Assembly: GCA_963812155.1 (NCBI GenBank)
Contig: CAWETW010000003.1
Coordinates: 960,001 to 1,024,000 of the forward strand
Reading direction: 5' to 3'
DNA from: Vulcanimicrobiota bacterium
GTDB taxonomy: Bacteria; Vulcanimicrobiota; Vulcanimicrobiia; Vulcanimicrobiales; Vulcanimicrobiaceae
Length of the DNA stretch: 64,000 nt
Each line of letters opens with the position of its first letter. Within the stretch, counting starts at the first letter, position 1. A model generated the notes under the pieces. The model was not told where the DNA came from and did not search any database. It was given only the letters and a program-made list of their open reading frames with translations. Of the stretch, positions 39,287 to 50,042 are shown piece after piece. Made by a program: the position numbers and the translations under genes.

Positions 39287-39405
39287 CCGGCCAGCGTCGC
39301 GCTTCCGCATTACGCCGGCGTGACGTGGGCGTTTTCAGAGTTTCTTCACCCGGCTCGACTAGTGTCGTGGCCACCTGCTCTCTTTGGAAATGTTGAGGTG
39401 CTTCG

Positions 39406-40554
39406 ATGCTCTATCCACGAACCGCGGGATGGGCGCGCTTAGGCGTGACGGCGGCAGCCGCTGCTTTGGTTATCGCGGGATGCTCCGCGCACGACGGCGG
39501 AATGAACGCTGCCGGTGGGCCGGGCGCAATTCCGCAAGGCCGCGCCAATCCCGGACACACGTCGATGTCGTCGGCGTCGATTATGAAACATCTGACGAGT
39601 CAAGTCGTCATCGGCTCGACCCTCGATCCGGTCAACGGCTCGCAGAATCCCTACGGTTTGACGATAGCGCCGTCGACCAACGGTAAACTGACCGCCGGCG
39701 ATCTCGTCATCTGCAACTTCAATTCGAAATACAACCAGCAAGGCAGCGGAAAGTCGATCGTCGCCCTGCATCCGCAGCCGGGCTCGACTCCGATTCACTT
39801 GACGCAGAATGCCAGCTCGCTCGGATGCGACGCGCTCGCGCTCGGTCCGTCCGACGATATCTGGGCTGCGGACATGACTGCCAACAACAATCCGATTTTC
39901 AGCCCAACCGGAAAACTGCTGTTGAACATCACGGGAAAGCCGTTTAGCCAGCCGTGGGGACAAGTCTTCGCGCAGCCGCCGAGCGGACCGCCGGCCTTCT
40001 ACGAAAGCAACGCGCGAACCGGAACGATCGTACGCATCAATCTCGGTTCCGGATTCACCTACGACGTCATCGCGAGCAACTTCCCGCGCAATCGCGGCGT
40101 ACCGGGTACTGCGCTCGCACCGTCGGGTCTCGCGTACGACCCGACGATCGACACCCTCTATTTTGCCGACGGCAAGAACAATACGATCGTCGCGATCGCG
40201 CACGTTTCGACCGCTCCTAAAGGCGGCATCACGGCGATGAGTAACGGCATGCAATTCAGTGGTCCCAACGCGGACAACGCGCGCATCGTGTACGCCGGCG
40301 CGCCGCTCAACGGGCCCATCAGCACCGCGCTGTTACCGAACGGAAATCTCGTTGTCGGCAATACGCTCGATCCCGATGGAACGAACCTGCTGATCGAAAT
40401 CACGCCGGCCGGAGCAGTCGTCGACACGACCAACGTCGACACAGGCCCGGCGGGCGCGCTGTTCGGCATCGTCGCAACCGGCACGTCGTCGTCAGATACG
40501 ATCATATACTTCAACGACGACAATCAAACCAACGTACAAGCACTGATGCCGTAA
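39406..40554 (+). CDS. Secreted lipoprotein, probable beta-propeller (NHL-like)
   Basis: IAG-C lipobox; NPYGL, GDLVICNFN, PWG, PSGLAYD, GNLVVGNT, GALFGI. Confidence 0.8.
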   Translation: MLYPRTAGWARLGVTAAAAALVIAGCSAHDGGMNAAGGPGAIPQGRANPGHTSMSSASIMKHLTSQVVIGSTLDPVNGSQNPYGLTIAPSTNGKLTAGDLVICNFNSKYNQQGSGKSIVALHPQPGSTPIHLTQNASSLGCDALALGPSDDIWAADMTANNNPIFSPTGKLLLNITGKPFSQPWGQVFAQPPSGPPAFYESNARTGTIVRINLGSGFTYDVIASNFPRNRGVPGTALAPSGLAYDPTIDTLYFADGKNNTIVAIAHVSTAPKGGITAMSNGMQFSGPNADNARIVYAGAPLNGPISTALLPNGNLVVGNTLDPDGTNLLIEITPAGAVVDTTNVDTGPAGALFGIVATGTSSSDTIIYFNDDNQTNVQALMP

Positions 40555-40576
40555 GCATCAACTCGTACGACAGAAC

Positions 40577-40606
40577 AAGCACCGGTGCGATTGCACCGGT
40601 GCTTTT
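40577..40606 (+). terminator. Intrinsic terminator
   Basis: AAGCACCGGTGC-GATT-GCACCGGTGCTT-TT; 12-bp perfect stem. Confidence 0.85.
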
Positions 40607-40706
40607 CTATGACATAGGATAATGATTTTGATTAACATTGAAGCGACATTTATCGTTATCGATTTATCGAGCAGGTTCGACCATCGCGTGCGCGAAGCAC
40701 GGCCGC

Positions 40707-41892
40707 ATGCGCATACAATCGATATACGCGGCTGCATTGGTGCTCGTTTTTAGCGCTTGCAATGCCGCTGGAACCAATCAATCGGTACCCTCGGCGCCAA
40801 CCGGCTCGGGCATGGCGGTGGGTGCTTCCGATCAAATGCCGGCCGGAGTTTCCGATGACGTGCAGCCTGCGGCAGATCACACGTCAATTTTGAAGATGCT
40901 CAACACTGAAACGACCGTCGCTTCGACGGTCGATCCGCTCAACGGCGACAAAAGACCGTACGGCTTGGCGTACGTGAAGAAAAAGCCGTTCGGCAAGAGC
41001 CTTTTGCAGCCGGGCGACCTCGTCGTCTGCAACTTCAACGATAGTTCGGGCACGCCCGGCAAAGGCACGACGATGGAGTACATGTCGTCGGTGCCGGGTT
41101 CGTCGCCGACGCAGCTCACTCAAAGTTCTTCGCTGCTCGGCTGCGCGTCGCTGGTGCTCAGTCCGTTCGACGCTGTATACTCGACGGACGAGGGCGCGAA
41201 GGATGCCGTCGGCGACGACTCCAACGGAAAGATCAAACAGACGCTGAAGGGCTCGCAACTCGTCGAACCGTGGGGAAGCGCCTACGTTCCGTCGCAGACG
41301 GGATATCCGCCGGGAGACGGTCTCTGGGTTTCGGATGCCTCGACCGGTAAGATCGTTCGCATCAACCTCGGGACCGGCGGCAAGCCGACCTACACGCCGG
41401 TGATCTCAGGATTTGCCGTCAACAAGGGCAAACCGGGACACATTCTCGGTCCGTCCGGACTTCAATACAACGAGAAGACGGATACGCTGTACGTGATTGA
41501 CGGCGTCAACGACACTGTCGTCGCGTTCTCGCATGCGTACAACGACTTCAACGTCGCAAACGAAGTCGTCGTCGGTTCAAACGGCACGACGTTCACCGGA
41601 CCGAAGGCCAAAGACGCAAAGGTGATCTACCACGGAGCGCCGCTCAGCGCGCCGATCAGTTCGACACTGCTTCGCCAACGGTAACCTCGTGATCGGCAAT
41701 ACCGGCAACGAAAAGGGTAAGAACCTGCTCGTCGAGATCGCGACCGACGGTACGGTGCTCGCCTATAAGAACGTCAACAAGGGCAACGGGGGCGCGCTGT
41801 TCGGCATCGCGTCGAGCGGTTCGTCCGACTCAACCACCGTGATCTACTTCAATAACGGCAACACCAACGCCGTCCAGGTGCTAACCAAGTAA
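40707..41892 (+). CDS. Paralogous secreted lipoprotein; single frameshift near 41670
   Basis: FSA-C lipobox and the same motifs as 39406-40554; C-terminus (NGNLVIGNT...GALFGI) lies in the next frame. Confidence 0.78.
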
Positions 41893-44098
41893 AACCTGCC
41901 CGGGCGCCGGAGCGCGCCGGCACGACGCGAATCGTCACGCGGTCGCGCGCGCGGCCGTCGAACGCTTCAAACGTCCACGTACCGGTTCGAACCGGCCAAA
42001 ACGCCGTGCCGCTCGCATCGAGCGGGACGGCGTTACCGTTTGCGGTCCAGGCAAGACGAGCGTTTGCACCGGCGGCGCGCAACGCGATTTGCTGTTCGCG
42101 CGCCTGTAACGCCGACGCAGTCGGATTGGCAACGAACACGTCGCCGTCGCGCGGCGAGACGATGCGCAATGAAGAAACGCCGTCGGCTGGCTGCAGCGAG
42201 AGCCACGGATCGTACTCGTGCGAGAGCGCGGGTGCCGGGCGCCGGACGGCGGCGACGTCTTCGGGCCGCACCCATTCTTGCACGACCGCCGGACAACGAG
42301 GCGCAGGCGCGTGGCCCGTCGTCGCGCAGACGGCGACCCGCACGAATCCCAGTGGCGGATCGAACGGCGCCGGATCGTAGCGTTCGTGCAGATGGAGCAT
42401 GATGCGATTCCACAGCGGGCCGGCGCCGGTGACGCCCGATACGCCGCGCATCGGCGAGCCGTCGAAGTTGCCGACCCACACGGCGACGGTGTAGTCGCGA
42501 GTAAATCCGACCGTCCACGTGTCGCGAAAGTCCGACGACGTACCGGTCTTCACGGCGGCCGGAAACGGCATTTCGAGAACGGAATGCAAGCCGAAGGATT
42601 GGGCGCGCGCGTGCGGATCGGCGAGCATGTCGGTGACGAGAGCCCAGGTCGGGGGATCGCCGACGCGATTGGGAACCGGAGGTTGCGCGCTCAACAGGTG
42701 GAGCGGAATCGAAAGGCCGCCGCGCGCCAGCGTCGTGTAGGCGCCTGCAAGTTCCCAGAGGCTGACCTCGCCGCCGCCGAGCGTCAGCCCCAACCCGTAG
42801 TACGACGGCGGCTTGGTAAGGTGCGTGAAGCCGAGTTGGTGCAAACGCTGCAGAAACTCGCCGACGCCGAGCGACGACAGCACGTGCACCGCGGGCGCGT
42901 TGAGCGAGTTTGCGAGCGCATAGCGCACGCGCACCGGGCCGCTGAAACGGCCGCTGTAGTCGTTCGGCTGATAGAGCCTGCCGCCCGAAATCGCGTATGC
43001 GGACGGCACGTCCGGAAGAATCGCGGTCGGAAGAATCGTTCGCTTTTCGAGCGCCAGTTCGTACATGAACGGTTTTAACGAGGATCCCGGCTGGCGCAGC
43101 GCCGTGACGCCGTCGTTGCGGCCGAGTGCGCCGTCGGAGAAATAGTCGGGCGATCCCACGTAGGCCAATACCGCTCCGGTGCGGTTGTCGACGACCAGCG
43201 CGGCCGCATCCACGACGTGCTCGGTTTGCAGCGAGTCGATGACGTCCACCGTTTGTGCTTGGACGAAGCGCTGCAGCGATCGATCGATGGTCGTGCGAAC
43301 GCGACCGCCGATCGCTTGGGGATAGAGGGCGAAGAGTGCGTGCGGAGCGTCGGTGATGCCTTCGTCGGCGCTGCGGACGTGCAGCGTTTCGGCGTACGCG
43401 CTCGCCGCTCGATCGCGGGTGATCTCGCCGAGCGCCGCCATTCGCGCCAGCACGTACCGCTGGCGCGAGCGCAAGGCGTTCCAGTCGCGTTGCGGCCCCA
43501 GACGCGCCGGGTCGTTGGGAATCGCCGCCAGCAGCGAAGCCTGCGCTAAATCGAGATCCGCGGCCGGTTCGCCGAAGTAGGTTCGCGCCGCAGCCTCGAC
43601 GCCGTAGAGATTACCGCCCATCGGCACGCGGTTGACGTACGCTTCGAGAATCGCCGATTTACTCGAGCGAATCGCGATGCGTTCGGCGCCGGCGATCTGC
43701 ACGAGCTTGCCGCGGATGCTGCTCGGCGTGGGATGGAGCAATCGCGCCAGCTGCATGTCGATGGTCGAACCGCCGCTGCGCGCCTCACCGTAGACCACAA
43801 AGTCGCGCAGCGCGCGCGCGAGCGCCGCGAGGTCGACCGCGCCGTGACGGTAGAAGCGCGCATCTTCGGCTGCGACGACGGCGTGCAAAAAGTCCGGCGA
43901 AATGCGATCGAGCGGAACGGCGAGGGCGTGCCTCGAGTCGGACGCGAGGACGGTTCCGAGCGGGAGGCCGGTGCGATCGGTGAACGTCACGGCCTCGTGC
44001 CGTGACGGAAGCGCCGCGACGTCGATGCCGAAGGCGTATGTTGCCGCCATTGCGCCGACCGGAAGCAGCGCGAGGAGCGCGAGCGCAAAGACTTTCAT
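41849..44098 (-). CDS. pbpC: Penicillin-binding protein 1C
   Basis: EDARFYRH, GGSTI.MQLARL, RQPGSSLKP (SxxK), SLN, KTGTS; adjacent to A2M. Confidence 0.94.
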   Translation of the reverse strand: MKVFALALLALLPVGAMAATYAFGIDVAALPSRHEAVTFTDRTGLPLGTVLASDSRHALAVPLDRISPDFLHAVVAAEDARFYRHGAVDLAALARALRDFVVYGEARSGGSTIDMQLARLLHPTPSSIRGKLVQIAGAERIAIRSSKSAILEAYVNRVPMGGNLYGVEAAARTYFGEPAADLDLAQASLLAAIPNDPARLGPQRDWNALRSRQRYVLARMAALGEITRDRAASAYAETLHVRSADEGITDAPHALFALYPQAIGGRVRTTIDRSLQRFVQAQTVDVIDSLQTEHVVDAAALVVDNRTGAVLAYVGSPDYFSDGALGRNDGVTALRQPGSSLKPFMYELALEKRTILPTAILPDVPSAYAISGGRLYQPNDYSGRFSGPVRVRYALANSLNAPAVHVLSSLGVGEFLQRLHQLGFTHLTKPPSYYGLGLTLGGGEVSLWELAGAYTTLARGGLSIPLHLLSAQPPVPNRVGDPPTWALVTDMLADPHARAQSFGLHSVLEMPFPAAVKTGTSSDFRDTWTVGFTRDYTVAVWVGNFDGSPMRGVSGVTGAGPLWNRIMLHLHERYDPAPFDPPLGFVRVAVCATTGHAPAPRCPAVVQEWVRPEDVAAVRRPAPALSHEYDPWLSLQPADGVSSLRIVSPRDGDVFVANPTASALQAREQQIALRAAGANARLAWTANGNAVPLDASGTAFWPVRTGTWTFEAFDGRARDRVTIRVVPARSGARAGFTWLAPGRRWCCRY

Positions 44099-44158
44099 GA
44101 ATCTACTTTGAATGTACGACGCCGAGCCGCACGCTTGCTGCTCCTGAAAGGACGTCCG

Positions 44159-47100
44159 TTGCGTCTATCGCTGCGTCTTCCGCTCGCTACGCTGGCTGCA
44201 TGCGTCGCTGCGGCGTGCTCGACGCAACCGGCGCCGCCGGCGAAACCGGCCGCAGTCGCGGCGCTTCCGAAACCGGCCCTGCCGCCGTGGATCGCCTCCG
44301 TCTCGCCCTCCGGCGGGAGCGTGCAGTCGCTGGCGCAGATCCGCATCATTTTCGCCAAGCCGGTGACGAAGATCGAGGCGCTCTCCGGCGACGGGCCGCG
44401 CGACGTGCTCGATCACGTGCGCATCGAGCCGGCCCTGAAAGGCCGCTTCAGCGTCCTCACGCCGCGCATGATCGGATTCGTCGCCGGGCAGGCCTTGCCG
44501 ATCGGCACCCGCGTGCGCGTCACCCTGACCGCCGGATTACGGAACCTCGACGGCGACGCGCTGCCGAACGACTTGGCGTGGACGTTTGAAACGGCGCCGC
44601 TCGAACTGCACGGTTTGCCGAAACTCACCGCATCCGACGACGAATCCACGCCCGCTCCAGCGGGACTCGATCCAAAAATTCCGGTCGTCGCCAACGCCGC
44701 CATCGACCCGGCGTCGCTGGCGGCGCACGCCGCGATGACTAGCGGCGACGAACGCGTTCCCGTGACCGTCGCACTCGAGGCGACGCCGACGCCGTTGCCC
44801 GGAAGCGGCGCCGAGGAAGCGTTCGACCCATCGTTGAGCGATTGGACCTATAAGATTTCGCCGCAGCACGCGCTGACTCGCGGGCGGACCTACGCGTTGG
44901 AGATCGCGCCGGGCGTGGCGCCGGCCTTCGGCAACGTGCCGACGCGCCGCGCGTTTTCGGGCGGATTCCGCACGTACGGCGAGTTGACGGTGATCGCGAC
45001 GCCGACGCCCGGCGCGGACGCCTACGGACGCTTCGCCGGCGGCGACCCGGCGATTGCTTTCAGTAATCCGCTCGATCCCGCGTCGATTGCGGGTGCCGTC
45101 AGCGTTTCGCCGGCACCGGCTGCGGTGACGAACCTCGTGCAGCTCTCCGACGACGCGACCTCGATTGCGATCGATCCGTACGCGCTCGATCCGAACGCAA
45201 CCTATGCGGTGACGGTGGCGCCGAGCGTGAAGGACGTCTTCGGCCAAACGCTCGCCGCGCCGCAAAAAATAACGGTGCGCACGGGCGATTTCGCGCCGGG
45301 TGCGTGGGCGCCGTCGGGCACGAGCGTGATCCCGTCAGGTACCGCCGTCGCGCTGAATTTCTACGCAACGAATCTTCCCGGAGATCGCTATCAAAGCGCC
45401 TACGCTCCCGTCACGCCGGAAAAACTGTTAGGCAGCAGCGATCCGCTGACTTCGCTGCCTTCATACGCGACGTGGCCGTTCCGGACGTTGAACGATGTCA
45501 AGCGCAACGCGCAGAGCGTCGTCCGCGTGCCGCTGCAAGCGCAGCTCGGAGGCCCGTTCGGGACGCTCGCGTACGGATTCCGTACCGCACTGGATGCGGA
45601 GAATCAAGCGCCGAGTTTGACGGGCATCGCGCAGCTCACGAATCTCGGCGTGTTCGCGCGCTTCTTTCCCTCGCGGGCAGCGGTCCTGGTGCAGCATTTG
45701 AGCGACGGCGCGCCCGCGGCGGGCGTGCGCGTCAGCATCTATCGCAACGTGGGAGGCTCGTCAAAAGGCTCGCCGATTACCTGCGCGCAAGCGACGACCG
45801 ACGGCAACGGACAGGCCGCGCTCGGCGGCGTGGACGTCGAGCGGTGTTCGGCCGGCAACTCCGCGACCGAAGCCCCGACGCTCGGCGTCGTGGCCACCGA
45901 AGGCGTCGATACGGCGACGCTGACGGTGTACGGAACCAGCGACGTCTATCGTTTTTCGGTCGTGCCCGGCTGGCAGAGCGGCGCGCCGCTCTCGCGCGGC
46001 ACGATTTTCAGCGACCGGCAAATGTATCAGCCGGGCGAAACCGGGAAGCTCACAGGCGTTGCGTACTACGTCAGCGGCACGCGCGTCGTCGCGGATCGCA
46101 ACGCGCTCTATCGCGTGACGCTTTCCGACCCGACCAACGCGACGACGTCGCTGGGCAGCGTCAAGACCGACGGCTACGGCATTTTCACGCTGCCGATCGC
46201 GTTCTCGAAGCAGCAGGCGCTGGGATACTACACGATCGACGCTAAGGGCTCCAACGGAAACGACGTCACGGGCTCTTTGCGCGTCGCCGAGTTCAAGCCG
46301 CCGAACTTCAAACTGAGCGTCGCCGTGAGCGCGACCGCCGCGCCCGCGGGGGGCAGTGTGACGGCGAGCGCCGAGGCCGCATACCTGTTCGGCGCGCCGC
46401 TGCAAGGCGGCAGCGTGCGCGCGTACGTGACGCGCGAAGCGGCCACCGTCGCCCCGAAGGGTTGGGACGATTTCTGGTTCGGACGGCAGTGGTTCTGGCC
46501 CGAGGAAACGCCGTCGTTCGATACCGACGTGCTGCAGCGCGACCTTGCACTCGACGCGCAAGGCAAGACGAGCCTCGACGTTTCGGTGCCGTCCGACCTT
46601 CCGTTTCCGATGACGTATACGGTCGACATGGACGCGACCGACGTATCGCATCTATCGGTAGCCGATTCGAAGACGTTTCTCGCGCTGCCGGCGGGAGCGG
46701 CGATCGGCTTATCGTCGGACTACGTCGGCTCGAGCGGCACGCCGATGGTGATTCGCGCCATCGTCACCGATGCATCGGGTCGCGCCATTGCCGGACGCAG
46801 CATCCACCTCGAGCTGCAGAAGATGACGTTTACGTCAGCGACGGAGCAAATCGAGGGCGGCGAAAGCGCACAGCAGGCGATCAAATACGAGACGGTCGAC
46901 AGCGCCGATGCCGCGCCCGGCGAAAAGGCGGCCGACGTAAAGCTGACGCCGCGCGCTTCGGGGCCGTATCGCGTGCGCGCGAACTTTAGCGATGCGAAGA
47001 CCGACGCCGGAGCGACCGACATTCAAGTGTTCGCCTACGGCGCGGGCGAAGCCGATTGGGGGCAGTCCGATCCGAATGCGGTCGCGGTCGAGCTCGACAA

Positions 47101-49792
47101 AAAGTCGTACGCGGTCGGCGATACGGCCAACGCACTGATCGCGTCACCGTTTTCGAAGGCCGACGTCTACTTCGAAGTCGTCCGCGGCGACACGCTCTAC
47201 CACACCATCGTACGCGGCGCAGTTGGTTCGACCCGCGTACCCTTTAAGATTTCGCCGGAGATGCTGCCGAATGCGGCGGTCCTCGCCGTGGTAGTGCGGC
47301 GCGGCCCGGCATTGGGCTCGCTCAGGCCGGGGTCGCTCGATACGCTCTCGCGTGCCGGGATGGCGCCGTTCGACGTTGACGTCGCGCAGCGGTATTTGAC
47401 GCTGCGCATCTCGCCGCAATCGGCCACGGTCGCGCCAGGCCGGCCGCAACGTGTCGACTTCACGCTAGCGAGAAAGAACGGCGGACCGGTTGCGGGCGAA
47501 ATCGTCGCGATGGTCGTCAACGATGCGATCCTGCAGCTCTCGGGGTACCGTTTGCCGGATTTGGTGACGACCGTCTTTGCGGCGCAGCCGATTTCGCTGA
47601 TGCTCGGAGATAATCGCGAAGGCGCGGTGCTCAAGACGCAGACTCCGCCCTCGGAAAAGGGGTTTGGATACGGCGGCGGTTTCCTGGCGGGCGCGGCCGG
47701 AACGCGGGTTCGAACGGCGTTCCTGCCGACGGCCTATTACGGCGTGTTGAAAACCGACGCGTCGGGCCGCACGAGCGCGTCGTTTACCATGCCCGACGAT
47801 CTCACGACGTGGCGCGTAATGGCCGTTGCGGTGGGGGACGACGACGCACACTTTGCGACCGGCGACGCGACCTTCATTGCAACGCAGCCGCTGATCGCAA
47901 ATCCGTTGCTGCCGCAGTTCGCGCGCACCGGAGATTCGTTCGATGCCGGCGTTTCGATCTCGAATCAAACCGGCGCCGGCGGCGCGCTGGCGCTCGTGTT
48001 GAAGCTCGGCGGCGGGCTGACGTTCGCGAGCGGCGACCCGCGCTCTGCGTCGTCGAACGAAACCGCAGCGGCAGGGATGCAGGCGTTCCGCTTTCCGGTG
48101 TTGGCCGGCACGCCGGCTCCGACAACGTTTTCGGCGGCGGGTGCGCTCGGTTCTCAGCGCGATGCGTTCACGGTTCCGTTTACCGTGAGCAATACGTCCA
48201 GTACCGATTCGGTGGTGGAAAGCGGCGCCGCAACCCCGTCGGGGCCCGCGAACGTGCCGATCGCGCTCGACCGCGGCGGTTGGGTCACGCTGACGCTGGC
48301 GAACTCGGTGGTCCCGCAGTTCGCCGTACCTTCCGAAACGATGTTTGCGCGCGATCCGCTGCCGCTCGCGGACGAATCGGCCTCGCGGCTGATTGCCGGG
48401 GCGGCGCTGCGGGCGTTGCGCGGGCCGTACCGCCTGTCGTTGCCGTTCGACCCGAACGCCGACGCGAACGCGTCGGTTGCGCGTCTGCTGGGATACCAAC
48501 GCGGCGACGGCGGCTTCGGCGAAACGCAAGGCTCCCGTGAGAGCGACCCGTTCGTCAGCACGTACGCGCTCGATGCGCTGGTGTTTGCGCGCTCGCGCGG
48601 TATTCCGGTAGCGCCAAGCGCGATCGATCGCGCGCGTGCGTTTACGGCCGGCGCGCTGGCGAATCCGGGACGCTTTACGTGGTGTACCGGCGCCCTGTGT
48701 AAAGCGCAGCTGCGCTTCGAGGCGTTGTGGGCGCTCGCGCAGGCCGGCGACCGGCGCACGGATTTTCTATCGGACGTCGCGTCGCAAGCGGGCTCCTTCG
48801 ATGCGGCGACGCAGATTCGGCTCGCACGATACCTGCTGCAAACGCCGGGATGGCAAGGCAAAGGCGCCGCGATGGCCGATCGCTTGGTGCAAACGCTGTA
48901 CGTCACGGGACGGTATGCCGCGGCGAACGTGTCGTCGCGCTGGGGATGGCTCGGTTCGGTGGTCGAGGCGCAGGCGCAAATGCTGCAACTGCTGCTGGAG
49001 CGCCACGCTCCGGTGGAACAGACCGACGGCGCGGTGCGTGCACTCGCGGCGCAGCAGTGCAAATGCGGCTGGCCGACGAGTGCGGACACGGCTTCGGCGT
49101 TGGGCGCGCTGTCGGCATACGCGCGTACCGAGCGTCTCGGCCCGGCGACGGCCGAGGTGACGGCGGGCGGCGCGAAGGTTGCGAGCGCGCAGTTCGATGC
49201 GACGGCATCGTCGCGAACGGTGACGCTTGCCGCTTCGGCGCTGAAGGGCGGCAGCTTGCGCGTGCGCGCGTCGGGCGGGACGGTCCATTACGTCGTGCTG
49301 TACACCTATCCGGTGCCCAACGATGCGCCGGGCGAACTGGCAGCATTCCGCGTGGTGCGCAGCGTCACGGCGCCGGGTGCCGCGGCGTCGCCGCTCGCGA
49401 CGATGGATCTCGCGCCGCTGCAGCCGGTGACGCTCGCGGCCGGCAAGGTGTTCGACGTCGGCGTGCGCGTCATCGTCGATCATCCGGTCGACCGGCTCGT
49501 CATCGACGATCCGTTGCCGGCCGGTTTCGAAGCGGTCGATACGACGTTCCAGACGTCACTGCAGGCGATCGTGCCGCAAAGCGACAGCTGGCAAATCGAC
49601 GCGCAGCAAATCTACCGGGATCGAGTCGTTGCGTACGCGCAACATCTCGATGCCGGCGTCTACGAAGTGCACTATCTCGCGCGCAGCGTCACGCCGGGCA
49701 CGTTCGGCTGGCCGGGCGCTCGAGCGTACCTGACCGACGCTCCGGAACAATTCGGCCGCAGCGCGGGAACGACGTTGAAGGTGTCGGAGTAG
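44159..49792 (+). CDS. Alpha-2-macroglobulin family lipoprotein with N-terminal Ig-like domains
   Basis: AAA-C lipobox after SD GAAAGGA; SDRQMYQPGE, VAEFKPPNF, MPDDLTTWRVMA, YQRGDGGF, DPLPAGFE, PEQFGRS. Confidence 0.93.
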   Translation: MRLSLRLPLATLAACVAAACSTQPAPPAKPAAVAALPKPALPPWIASVSPSGGSVQSLAQIRIIFAKPVTKIEALSGDGPRDVLDHVRIEPALKGRFSVLTPRMIGFVAGQALPIGTRVRVTLTAGLRNLDGDALPNDLAWTFETAPLELHGLPKLTASDDESTPAPAGLDPKIPVVANAAIDPASLAAHAAMTSGDERVPVTVALEATPTPLPGSGAEEAFDPSLSDWTYKISPQHALTRGRTYALEIAPGVAPAFGNVPTRRAFSGGFRTYGELTVIATPTPGADAYGRFAGGDPAIAFSNPLDPASIAGAVSVSPAPAAVTNLVQLSDDATSIAIDPYALDPNATYAVTVAPSVKDVFGQTLAAPQKITVRTGDFAPGAWAPSGTSVIPSGTAVALNFYATNLPGDRYQSAYAPVTPEKLLGSSDPLTSLPSYATWPFRTLNDVKRNAQSVVRVPLQAQLGGPFGTLAYGFRTALDAENQAPSLTGIAQLTNLGVFARFFPSRAAVLVQHLSDGAPAAGVRVSIYRNVGGSSKGSPITCAQATTDGNGQAALGGVDVERCSAGNSATEAPTLGVVATEGVDTATLTVYGTSDVYRFSVVPGWQSGAPLSRGTIFSDRQMYQPGETGKLTGVAYYVSGTRVVADRNALYRVTLSDPTNATTSLGSVKTDGYGIFTLPIAFSKQQALGYYTIDAKGSNGNDVTGSLRVAEFKPPNFKLSVAVSATAAPAGGSVTASAEAAYLFGAPLQGGSVRAYVTREAATVAPKGWDDFWFGRQWFWPEETPSFDTDVLQRDLALDAQGKTSLDVSVPSDLPFPMTYTVDMDATDVSHLSVADSKTFLALPAGAAIGLSSDYVGSSGTPMVIRAIVTDASGRAIAGRSIHLELQKMTFTSATEQIEGGESAQQAIKYETVDSADAAPGEKAADVKLTPRASGPYRVRANFSDAKTDAGATDIQVFAYGAGEADWGQSDPNAVAVELDKKSYAVGDTANALIASPFSKADVYFEVVRGDTLYHTIVRGAVGSTRVPFKISPEMLPNAAVLAVVVRRGPALGSLRPGSLDTLSRAGMAPFDVDVAQRYLTLRISPQSATVAPGRPQRVDFTLARKNGGPVAGEIVAMVVNDAILQLSGYRLPDLVTTVFAAQPISLMLGDNREGAVLKTQTPPSEKGFGYGGGFLAGAAGTRVRTAFLPTAYYGVLKTDASGRTSASFTMPDDLTTWRVMAVAVGDDDAHFATGDATFIATQPLIANPLLPQFARTGDSFDAGVSISNQTGAGGALALVLKLGGGLTFASGDPRSASSNETAAAGMQAFRFPVLAGTPAPTTFSAAGALGSQRDAFTVPFTVSNTSSTDSVVESGAATPSGPANVPIALDRGGWVTLTLANSVVPQFAVPSETMFARDPLPLADESASRLIAGAALRALRGPYRLSLPFDPNADANASVARLLGYQRGDGGFGETQGSRESDPFVSTYALDALVFARSRGIPVAPSAIDRARAFTAGALANPGRFTWCTGALCKAQLRFEALWALAQAGDRRTDFLSDVASQAGSFDAATQIRLARYLLQTPGWQGKGAAMADRLVQTLYVTGRYAAANVSSRWGWLGSVVEAQAQMLQLLLERHAPVEQTDGAVRALAAQQCKCGWPTSADTASALGALSAYARTERLGPATAEVTAGGAKVASAQFDATASSRTVTLAASALKGGSLRVRASGGTVHYVVLYTYPVPNDAPGELAAFRVVRSVTAPGAAASPLATMDLAPLQPVTLAAGKVFDVGVRVIVDHPVDRLVIDDPLPAGFEAVDTTFQTSLQAIVPQSDSWQIDAQQIYRDRVVAYAQHLDAGVYEVHYLARSVTPGTFGWPGARAYLTDAPEQFGRSAGTTLKVSE

Positions 49793-50042
49793 CACTTAAG
49801 TTCTAACGCTTCCTCAAGGTCTTGACAAAGCTGACAAGAAGGCGCACGGTAGTTCCTGAGGAGTTGCCACGGGCGTGTCGCGGCTTCGGCCGTTCGCGTC
49901 GTGGATCGCGCTCCTTTGTGCCGGTCCTGCGATCGTTTTGCTTAGGCTGCGATGGCACTGCTTACTTCGACGAGATGCGTCGCAGTGCGCATGAAGCTCC
50001 CGAAGTCGTAAAGGCGATTCGGAGAACTGAAAGCTGGAACGC

